Source: an uncultured Myxococcales bacterium (GTDB lineage: Bacteria; Myxococcota; UBA4151). Taken from it: a DNA stretch of 14,961 nt. The stretch is from assembly GCA_964013405.1 (NCBI GenBank), contig CAXGWI010000089.1, forward strand, positions 1 to 14,961. Direction: 5' to 3'. The position numbers and the translations under genes were made by a program. The notes under the pieces were generated by a model. The model was not told the origin of the DNA. It was given only the letters and a program-made list of their open reading frames with translations, and ran no database searches. Of the stretch, positions 8,101 to 14,961 are shown piece by piece; within the stretch, counting starts at the first letter, position 1, and every line of letters begins with the position of its first letter.

Positions 8101-9282
8101 ATGACCACTTTTGGCACCCCGCATACGGCAACGGCAACTCGTCTTCTTCTCCTCGGCTCGGGTGAGTTGGGCAAGGAGGTCGCCATCGAAGCCCAGCGCT
8201 TTGGGATCGAGGTGGTGGCGGTGGATCGCTATGCCAACGCACCGGCGATGCAGGTAGCGCACCGGGCCCATGTGATTTCCATGCAAGACGGTGCTCGGCT
8301 CCGGGCCATCATCGAGGAAGAGAAGCCGAGCTTTATCGTGCCCGAGATCGAGGCCATCGCTACGGACACGCTCGTGGAATTGGAGTCTGAGGGTTACAAC
8401 GTGATTCCCACGGCTCGAGCCGCTCGCTTGACGATGGACCGGGAAGGAATTCGGCGCTTTGCCGCAGAGGAGTTGGGGCTGGCGACTTCCCCTTACCGAT
8501 TTGCAGAAAGCCTTGAGGACTACCAGCGGGCCTGCCGTGAGGTTGGGTTTCCTTGTGTGGTGAAGCCGATCATGAGTTCCTCAGGCCGCGGTCAGAGCAC
8601 ACTTCGCTCTGAGGCGGACATGGATGCCGGTTGGACGGTGGCTCAAGAAGGAGCACGGGGCGGTGCAGGAAAGGTCATCGTCGAAGGCTTTGTCGAGTTT
8701 GATTATGAGATCACCCTGCTCACCGTACGCCATCAGGGGGGCACCACTTTCCTGGATCCGGTGGGACATCGGCAGGTGGATGGAGACTATCACGAGTCTT
8801 GGCAGCCCCAGCCCATGAGCGAACTCGCTCTGAGTCGATCACAGGAGATGGCGCAGAAGATCACCGATGGTCTTGGTGGTTATGGTCTCTTTGGTGTCGA
8901 ACTCTTCATCCAGGGGGATACGGTGTACTTCAGCGAAGTCTCCCCACGGCCCCACGACACAGGCATGGTGACGATGATTTCCCAGAACCTGTCCGAGTTT
9001 GCTCTTCATGCCCGAGCGATCTTGGGCTTGCCCATTCCGAATGTGCGTCAATACGGCCCGGCGGCTTCTCATGTCATTCTCGGGGAAGGCACCTCCGATG
9101 CGCCGTCTTTCGAGAACGTGGCTCAGGCTCTTGCCGAGCCCGATACGGCGCTCCGCTTCTTCGGTAAGTCAGAGGTTCGCGGTGAGCGCCGCCTCGGCGT
9201 GGCGCTGACGCTGGGAAGCAGCATCGAAGAGGCTCGGCAAAAAGCAGCCGACAGCGCAGCCAAAGTGAAGGTCCGGCTCTAG
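8101..9282 (+). CDS. purT: Formate-dependent phosphoribosylglycinamide formyltransferase (GAR transformylase 2), 393 aa
   Basis: Motifs [96 protein letters not shown] 8101 has SD GGAG 5 nt upstream; the track's extension to 7915 is spurious. Confidence 0.97.
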   Translation: MTTFGTPHTATATRLLLLGSGELGKEVAIEAQRFGIEVVAVDRYANAPAMQVAHRAHVISMQDGARLRAIIEEEKPSFIVPEIEAIATDTLVELESEGYNVIPTARAARLTMDREGIRRFAAEELGLATSPYRFAESLEDYQRACREVGFPCVVKPIMSSSGRGQSTLRSEADMDAGWTVAQEGARGGAGKVIVEGFVEFDYEITLLTVRHQGGTTFLDPVGHRQVDGDYHESWQPQPMSELALSRSQEMAQKITDGLGGYGLFGVELFIQGDTVYFSEVSPRPHDTGMVTMISQNLSEFALHARAILGLPIPNVRQYGPAASHVILGEGTSDAPSFENVAQALAEPDTALRFFGKSEVRGERRLGVALTLGSSIEEARQKAADSAAKVKVRL

Positions 9283-9291
9283 GCCAAGCCT

Positions 9292-9349
9292 TTACTTGGT
9301 CTTCATCACAAAGACGCCATCCCAGCCTTCGTCGGGGGGCGTCTTTGAG
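9292..9349 (-). pseudogene. Orphan copy of the 3' end of the adenylate cyclase gene (direct repeat of 12611-12670)
   Basis: It reads ..PPDEGWDGVFVMKTK* versus the cyclase ..PPGEGWDGVFVMKTK*. The last 39 nt are 36/39 identical, and a net 2-nt gap lies further upstream. Confidence 0.9.
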
Positions 9350-9367
9350 AAGCCTTGAATTTGGATG

Positions 9368-9529
9368 ACGCTGGTTTGTGCTGCCGCGTTGCCGACCATT
9401 GCGATGGCACCGCGACGACAATTCTCAGGGCATACTGCCACAGCCTTGAGTTCCCGGGAGCGCCGGCGCGATCATCTCGGCACAGGCGGCGCTGCATCGC
9501 AGCGGGATCAGCGAAGCAAAACCTGGCAT
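9368..9529 (-). pseudogene. Decayed 5' remnant of a fourth Cys-repeat/RCC1 lipoprotein paralog
   Basis: It translates as ..SAAC|AEMIAPALPGTQGCGSMP*ELSSRCHRNGRQRGSTNQR, versus paralog 1 LLGC|AELIAPVSGGVVPCASPGDCGAGERCHEGFCLQSTDPR and paralog 2 APIFPGTPTC. The CAE.IAP region is 18/22 nt identical to paralog 1. There is an in-frame TGA at 9425-27 and the signal peptide is damaged. Confidence 0.72.
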
Positions 9530-9576
9530 TTCAGGGGGAGGGTCGGGGACAGGCCGCTCTCTGGGGGGCGGGGGCC

Positions 9577-12561
9577 TTAAGGGTAGATCTGCACGGGGAT
9601 GTCGGTCTGTACCAGTGGCAAGTAGCCAAGTTGACCATGCTCGTTGGCACCCCAGCACCAGACCTCGCCGTCGGGCTCGGTCACCGCGCAACTGTGGTGC
9701 TTGCCGGCCGCTAACTGCCGAGCCGGGGGTAATTCGACCACCATTCGGATCTGCTCTCCAGCCTCCTCACTGGTTTCACCGTCGCCCAGTTGCCCTCTGT
9801 CGTTCGCCCCCCAGCAAGCGACAGCGCCGTTGGCGGTGCGTGCACAATTGTGGTGAGCACCCGAAATGATCTGCTGAGCAGCCGGCAGTCCGGGGACGGG
9901 GGTCATGTCCAAGTTATGGGGATTCTCGCCGGTGGTGACGGCACCCAGAGTTCCGTGCGTGTTGCGACCCCAGCAGCGGACCTCGCCCGCCTCGTTGCGG
10001 GCGCAGGTGTGAGCCTCTCCCAGCGCCAGTTCGGTCATCGGCCCCAAGCCTTGGATCCGGCGATCCTCGGTCCAGCCTGGCTCTATTCCTGGGGGGTGAA
10101 TCGTCAGGAAAGATTGCCCTTCGGCATTCTCGAAGCCGAGTTGACTCACCACATTCAGGCCCCAACAGGCCACATCTCCATCCTCGAGGAGCGCGCAGTT
10201 ATGACCATACCCGGGGATTACGGATCGGGTCGGTGGTAGACGGCTCACGAGGACCGGGCTGCTCTGGTCATGCAGAGGAAAGCCGGATGCGTACACCCCC
10301 CATCCCATGAGCACAGCTTCATCTGCGTTCTCCCCAGCCGTTAGCATGAAGCTGTATGATGCCCCGGCTATCAGACCCAGGGCCAATGCCTCGCTGTCCA
10401 CCGGAACCGGCACCCTGCCCCGTTCTTCCCCGTTGCCGCCATCGCCCAAGCGGGCATCCCCCACGCCCCAGCACCAGACGCTGCCGTCCTGTCGACGGGC
10501 GCAAGTGTGCTCGTCACCCGCGGCCAATTGGACGACCTCGTTGAGACCTTCCACGGCCACGGGGAGGCTCCCCAGTAGGCTGTCAGCCGCGTTGCCCAAC
10601 TGATGCAATTGGTCGCTGCCCCAACAGCGCACGGTGCTGTCCTCAAGCCGAGCGCAACTGTGATCCCGGCCCAATGCCAACTCGACCACGTTGCTGAGTT
10701 CTCGAGCCTGCAAGGGGAATCCAGGTCCCCGCTCCGTGCCGCCCAAGCCTCCTTCGACATCGTCTCCCCAGCACCATAGACCGACGCCAGCCAGGGCGCA
10801 GTGACTCCGGCTGGTGATCGCCAGGGCCCGAGTGCCGAGGGGGGCAGTGATGGGCACAAAGCCGTCCCGGTTGAGTTTGCCCACGACGCCATCCTGGGTC
10901 TCGACGATGACGAATTCACCACGGCCGAGGTCGGGATCATCATCATCGTCCACCGCTGTGCCTCGACTGGTGGAGAGCAGGCGGCGCAGCGGCGGCGTCT
11001 CGCCGAGCACGAAGACAGCGTGCTCTCCTCTGCTGCCCCGGGGATAATACGTCAAGCCCCAACACCAGACCGCGTCCGAGCCTTCTGAATTCGTGAGTGC
11101 ACAAGTCTGAAAACGCATGCTGATCAGTTGGCGGGCCGGTGGAATATCCACGGGGGGCGAATGGGGCGGACCTTCCTGGGGTGCTTCGCCCAGGGCTTCA
11201 GCGATAACGTGGCCCCAACAGGTCACACCCCCCGCCCAAGTCAAGGCGCAGCTGTGAATGAGTCCGCTTGAGAGTTGTCGAATCGGTTCCAGTCCCTCCA
11301 CCTGAGCAGGCACCGCCAAGTTTTCGGCCTCGGTTCTGATCCCCAGTTGGCCTGCATTGTTGGAGCCCCAACACCACACGTTCCCGTCGGCATCCAGGCT
11401 GCATTGATGGCCTGCACCGGCGCTCAGCGCTCGGAAGGGGCCGTCGGCGCTGGGTTCCATGACGTCGTTGATTGGATCAAGGCACTGGACGGAACCGTCG
11501 TCCAACAGGGCGCAGAGAGAGCCATTTTTTGCCGAAATCTGGCGGGACCGAGCCAGTCCGGGGACCGGCTCGATGGACCGGATGAGGTAGGCACCGTTGT
11601 CGTCATCCGGATCTGGCGTTAGAAAACGACCAAAGCGCAACACGGTCCCATCGGCTGACAGAACATAGACGCCGAATCCATCGGATTGAACGTCCAGCAG
11701 GCCGCCGATGCAGTCATTGGGACAGGCGTCCTCGTCGACCTCGTTGCCATCATCGCAAGTCTCGAAGCCCTCGGTTCCCAGCAGCAGGTCGAATCGGAGG
11801 ATGCCGTCGCCGCAGCGAGCCTCTTGGCAATCAACCGTGCAACTGTCGTTGTTCACCCCGTTGCCATCGTCGCAGGCTTCGTCAGCCAGGCCCTGGAGGA
11901 TGCCGTCGCCGCAAGCGGTCGGTCGACAGTCGTTATCACAGCGATCCAGGTCCTCATCGTTGCCATCGTCGCAGACTTCATAGTCTGGGCTTTCGCTGTG
12001 GACATCATTGCGCAGGACGCCGTCGCCACAGCGAGCCTGGAGACAGTTGTTGGTACAGGAATCCAGATTGTCCCGGTTGCCGTCGTCGCAGGCCTCAAAG
12101 TCAGGGGCCCCGGCTTGCAGGTCCTCCCGGACGATGCCGTCGCCACATCGAGAGTCCATGCAGTCGTTGCTGCAAGCATCTTGCTCATCGGTATTGCCGT
12201 CGTCGCAGGCCTCGTAACCGACCTCGCCGGCACTGAGATCCAAGCGCTTGTGTCCATCGCCGCAGCGGGCCCGGGCGCAGAGGTTCGTGCAGCCATCCCA
12301 GTTCTGTCCATTGCCGTCGTCGCATGCTTCAAAGCCCAGAACGCCTTCGGGGATATCGTCCCGTACGAGACCATCACCGCAGCCGGGTTCGGTGGAGCGC
12401 AAACAGCGCCCCGATGAGGCGCCCTCTGTCTTATGGCAGACCAGGCCTAGGGTGCAGTCAGCGACCGTTTCGCAGGCTGAGGCCCCGGAGGAGATCGGGG
12501 CGAAGCCATCGGTGCAACTGGCTATGATGACCATGGCGATGGCGAGATTAAGAGAACGCAT
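9577..12561 (-). CDS. Cys-rich-repeat + 14-blade RCC1/BLIP-II-like lipoprotein, paralog 3 (994 aa)
   Basis: MRSLNLAIAMVIIASC|TDGFAP lipoprotein signal, 6 Cys repeats, and 14 RCC1-like blades collinear with paralog 2. Confidence 0.94.
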   Translation of the reverse strand: MRSLNLAIAMVIIASCTDGFAPISSGASACETVADCTLGLVCHKTEGASSGRCLRSTEPGCGDGLVRDDIPEGVLGFEACDDGNGQNWDGCTNLCARARCGDGHKRLDLSAGEVGYEACDDGNTDEQDACSNDCMDSRCGDGIVREDLQAGAPDFEACDDGNRDNLDSCTNNCLQARCGDGVLRNDVHSESPDYEVCDDGNDEDLDRCDNDCRPTACGDGILQGLADEACDDGNGVNNDSCTVDCQEARCGDGILRFDLLLGTEGFETCDDGNEVDEDACPNDCIGGLLDVQSDGFGVYVLSADGTVLRFGRFLTPDPDDDNGAYLIRSIEPVPGLARSRQISAKNGSLCALLDDGSVQCLDPINDVMEPSADGPFRALSAGAGHQCSLDADGNVWCWGSNNAGQLGIRTEAENLAVPAQVEGLEPIRQLSSGLIHSCALTWAGGVTCWGHVIAEALGEAPQEGPPHSPPVDIPPARQLISMRFQTCALTNSEGSDAVWCWGLTYYPRGSRGEHAVFVLGETPPLRRLLSTSRGTAVDDDDDPDLGRGEFVIVETQDGVVGKLNRDGFVPITAPLGTRALAITSRSHCALAGVGLWCWGDDVEGGLGGTERGPGFPLQARELSNVVELALGRDHSCARLEDSTVRCWGSDQLHQLGNAADSLLGSLPVAVEGLNEVVQLAAGDEHTCARRQDGSVWCWGVGDARLGDGGNGEERGRVPVPVDSEALALGLIAGASYSFMLTAGENADEAVLMGWGVYASGFPLHDQSSPVLVSRLPPTRSVIPGYGHNCALLEDGDVACWGLNVVSQLGFENAEGQSFLTIHPPGIEPGWTEDRRIQGLGPMTELALGEAHTCARNEAGEVRCWGRNTHGTLGAVTTGENPHNLDMTPVPGLPAAQQIISGAHHNCARTANGAVACWGANDRGQLGDGETSEEAGEQIRMVVELPPARQLAAGKHHSCAVTEPDGEVWCWGANEHGQLGYLPLVQTDIPVQIYP
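11710..12381 (-). repeat. 6 intragenic Cys/Asp-rich repeats in paralog 3
   Basis: Six CGDG..CDDGN units with a short 5th unit. The block is 672 nt, the same length as in paralog 2. Confidence 0.9.
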
Positions 12562-12570
12562 ATCGGGGCG

Positions 12571-12599
12571 AGACTAGGGCAATGTTCGCTGGATGGATA
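12571..12599 (-). promoter_or_regulatory. Putative leaderless-type promoter of paralog 3 (TATCCA-N17-TAGTCT-N9-ATG)
   Basis: A TANNNT hexamer lies 9 nt before the ATG, there is no SD, and the motif fits entirely within the 49-nt gap after the cyclase stop. Confidence 0.55.
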
Positions 12600-12610
12600 G
12601 ACTTCGTCGC

Positions 12611-14961
12611 TTATTTAGTCTTCATCACGAAGACGCCATCCCAGCCTTCGCCCGGTGGGTCGTTTTTGAGTTCCCGGCAGCGGTCGACGAAGACGCGGGC
12701 GGCGAAGTCGTCATCGCGAATGCTCAGGACTTCATTGAAGCGCTCGATGGCTCGTTCGAAAGATTGCTGCCGGTAGAGTTGAAGGCCTTCTTCATAGGCT
12801 TGAATCCAGGGACCGTCTTCGGCGCTTGGCTCTTTGCCTTCGCCCACGACTTCGAAGATGCGTACCGGCTCCGTCTTGCCCTTGACCCGGACCGCATCCA
12901 ACTCTCGGAAGTGAATCTCTTCTTTTGCCAACTCCACGGTGTATTCGCTGACACAGATGCGGGTGCCATAGGCTTTATTGATGCCTTCCAGGCGACTACC
13001 CAGGTTCACGTTGTCGCCCATGACTGTGTAGTCCATGCGCTGCTTGGAGCCCATGTTGCCCACGCGCATCGGGCCCGAATTACACCCAATGCCGATGTCG
13101 ATGGTCAGGAGCCCACGTTCCGTCCATTGAGCATTCAGATCTTCCAACTTGTTCACCATCTGGAGGGAAGCCCGGCAACTGCGAACCGCGTGATCATCCA
13201 ACGTGGTGGGCGCACCATAGAAGGCCATGATCGCATCGCCCATGTACTTATCGAGGGTGCCTCCGGATTCGAAGATGATGGCCGTCATGGGCGTGAAGTA
13301 CTCGTTGAGGAACTGGGTGAGTTCGTTCGCCGTGAATTGTTCGCTCATGGTGGTGAAGCCACGAATATCGGCGAAGAGCACGCTGAGTTCCCGTTCCTCG
13401 CCACCGAGATCGAGCATGGAGGGGTCATCCATCACTTCTGCGGCCACGGAGGGACTGACGTAACCTTCGAGCACCTTCCTCGTTTTTGCCCGTTCTCGAC
13501 CTTCACTGAGATAGCCGAATACCGTCAGTGAAGCCCAAATCGAGCCGACCATGACGTTGGGTAAGACACCGTGCACCCAGTAACCATCGGGGAAGAGCAT
13601 CTGCGTATCGATCAAGTACCAGAAGCCGGTCATCATCATCGCCGCGCCGATGCTAAACGGAATACTCACGTTGGGGGTGAGGATGGCGAGCATGAGCGCC
13701 ATGAGGATCATGGCAAGCAACTCGTACGACAGCAGCTGCCAGGGGCGTTGAAGATATTGCCCATCGATCATATTCTGAACGGCGGTCGCGTGCACTTCCA
13801 CGCCCGGCGAAAAGGCAGAGAAGGGCGTGACTCGCTGGTCATAGGTACCGATGGCTGTGGTGCCGAACATGACGACCTTGCCGTGAACCGTATTGGTCAA
13901 GTGGTTCCAGCGAGCTGTCTCGGCTTTGATACGCTCCTCGTCCCAGTTCTCAGCCGCTGCCTTCTGCTTCATTTCCTTCGGCTGCATGGCGTAGACGATG
14001 TCGGAGATACTGAGGTAGGCGAAAACCTCTCCTGGCCCGCCGTAATAATTCACCATCAGCCGACCCATCACATCGGTGGGAAGGTCTTTGACGCCGTAGT
14101 CCTCGCTCGCCAGCCGAATCCCGGCGATACGGTCTTCGAAGCCGGGGGCCGGGTTTGCCATGGGGTAATATGACGAGGTGAAGTGGACGGCCGCGCAGAG
14201 CAGCGAGAGTGAGGGGACCTCGACGTCGTGGACTCGAGCTAGAAGATGGATGCCTCGTAGCTTACCGTCCGTGTCAGGGTTGACGCTAAAATAAGCCAGG
14301 TACTCGCTGGGCTCAACGAACTTTGCGAGGGGCGAAACCAGGCCGCCCTCCGCCTCCGGCAAGTAGACTCGGTCGAGGGTGGCTTTGGCGGCGGCTTCGC
14401 GAGCATCCTCATCCATCGAGGCCCAGCCGGGAAGGTCTGATGCGACGGGGACAGCGGGCAGTTTAATCTTGGTCTCATTGCCTTCGTCGTCGACGCCAAT
14501 ACGGAAGTCTTGTTCTCGCGGTTCACGAAAAAGCGAGTCAGGATTGGGCATATCCACCATCCATTGGGGCGCCTTGCCGACCGTTAGACCCTCGTCTGTC
14601 TGTTCCCAAAGTACCGTGTAGCCGAGGATGACCTTGTCCGAGTAGGTGTCGATGGATTTTTCGAGGGCTTCGTCTGGGTCACTCCACAGAGCCAACTCCT
14701 CTTGGAACTGGCGGGAGAGGTCTTCGTAGGCGGCCTGGAGTGCGGGCGCCGCCGGGTCATCGGGGTGCTCCTTAAGCCAGCGACCGAGTGGCGTTTCGAC
14801 CGAGGGCAGAAGGGGCACGTCGACCACAGCGACGATCTCTTCATCGTCATCTTCTTCGTCGCCGTCGGAATCCTCCTCGTCACCATCGGAGTCATCCTCG
14901 TCGCCGTCGGAGTCATCCTCGTCGCCGTCGGAGTCATCCTCGTCGCCGTCGGAGTCATCCT
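12611..14961 (-). CDS. CHASE2-domain membrane adenylate cyclase (class III) with C-terminal TPR-like helix; 5' end lies beyond the window (>=782 aa)
   Basis: CHASE2 motifs NPDTDGKLR..PSLSL and GKVVMFGTTA..DQRVTP..PGVEVHATAVQN, then three hydrophobic helices. Cyclase motifs VLFADIRGFTTMSE, GGTLDKYMGDAIMAFYGAP, GNMGSKQRMDYTVMGDNVNLGSRLEG. The frame stays open upstream of the track's GTG 14827 to the window edge. Confidence 0.95.
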   Translation of the reverse strand, partial: DDSDGDEDDSDGDEDDSDGDEDDSDGDEEDSDGDEEDDDEEIVAVVDVPLLPSVETPLGRWLKEHPDDPAAPALQAAYEDLSRQFQEELALWSDPDEALEKSIDTYSDKVILGYTVLWEQTDEGLTVGKAPQWMVDMPNPDSLFREPREQDFRIGVDDEGNETKIKLPAVPVASDLPGWASMDEDAREAAAKATLDRVYLPEAEGGLVSPLAKFVEPSEYLAYFSVNPDTDGKLRGIHLLARVHDVEVPSLSLLCAAVHFTSSYYPMANPAPGFEDRIAGIRLASEDYGVKDLPTDVMGRLMVNYYGGPGEVFAYLSISDIVYAMQPKEMKQKAAAENWDEERIKAETARWNHLTNTVHGKVVMFGTTAIGTYDQRVTPFSAFSPGVEVHATAVQNMIDGQYLQRPWQLLSYELLAMILMALMLAILTPNVSIPFSIGAAMMMTGFWYLIDTQMLFPDGYWVHGVLPNVMVGSIWASLTVFGYLSEGRERAKTRKVLEGYVSPSVAAEVMDDPSMLDLGGEERELSVLFADIRGFTTMSEQFTANELTQFLNEYFTPMTAIIFESGGTLDKYMGDAIMAFYGAPTTLDDHAVRSCRASLQMVNKLEDLNAQWTERGLLTIDIGIGCNSGPMRVGNMGSKQRMDYTVMGDNVNLGSRLEGINKAYGTRICVSEYTVELAKEEIHFRELDAVRVKGKTEPVRIFEVVGEGKEPSAEDGPWIQAYEEGLQLYRQQSFERAIERFNEVLSIRDDDFAARVFVDRCRELKNDPPGEGWDGVFVMKTK
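14858..14961 (-). repeat. In-frame 21-bp tandem repeat GAGGATGACTCCGACGGCGAC (EDDSDGD), >=5 units, truncated by the window edge
   Basis: Three identical units at 14900-14961 (the outermost lacks 1 nt) and two variants at 14879-14899 and 14858-14878, in frame with the cyclase. Confidence 0.95.

Noticed and set aside
9350..9445. MITE-like insertion with TTGAG target duplication and a long imperfect hairpin (9352-9431)
   Set aside because: There are no clean terminal inverted repeats, the pairing relies on many GU pairs and bulges, and the segment is better explained as the lipoprotein 5' remnant. It is not fully excluded.
9292..12670. Duplicated gene 3' end as a DGR template/variable repeat pair
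   Set aside because: The mismatches are synonymous third-position changes rather than adenine-specific ones, the match is short, and no reverse transcriptase is present in the window.
14858..14961. CRISPR array at the right edge
   Set aside because: The units are directly adjacent with no spacers and are in frame within a CDS.

Overview
GC-rich bacterial DNA, Myxococcota/deltaproteobacteria-like (inferred from the Myxococcus-type Cys-rich repeats and the CHASE2 cyclase). Three ordinary genes are present: an FdhF/YdeP-family molybdopterin oxidoreductase, purT, and a CHASE2-adenylate cyclase that runs off the right edge inside a 21-bp VNTR. They alternate one-for-one with three large paralogous lipoprotein genes. 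Each paralog has a lipobox, a small Cys knot, a stalk of CGDG..E.CDDGN..D.C..C repeats and RCC1/BLIP-II-like beta-propeller blades (14 in each complete copy). The first paralog (<1-2450) is missing from the ORF track because it has no stop in the window, and it has five extra Cys repeats inserted between propeller blades 2 and 3. All three paralogs lack an SD and share a TWYCCR-N17-TANNNT-N9/10-ATG upstream motif, suggesting stand-alone leaderless expression. The 294-bp gap between purT and the third paralog holds a second copy of the cyclase 3' end, whose three mismatches in the last 39 nt are all synonymous, next to the decayed 5' end of a fourth paralog. This looks like a recombination scar from birth and death of these surface-protein cassettes. 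No RNA genes, CRISPR arrays or transposase/integrase genes were seen.
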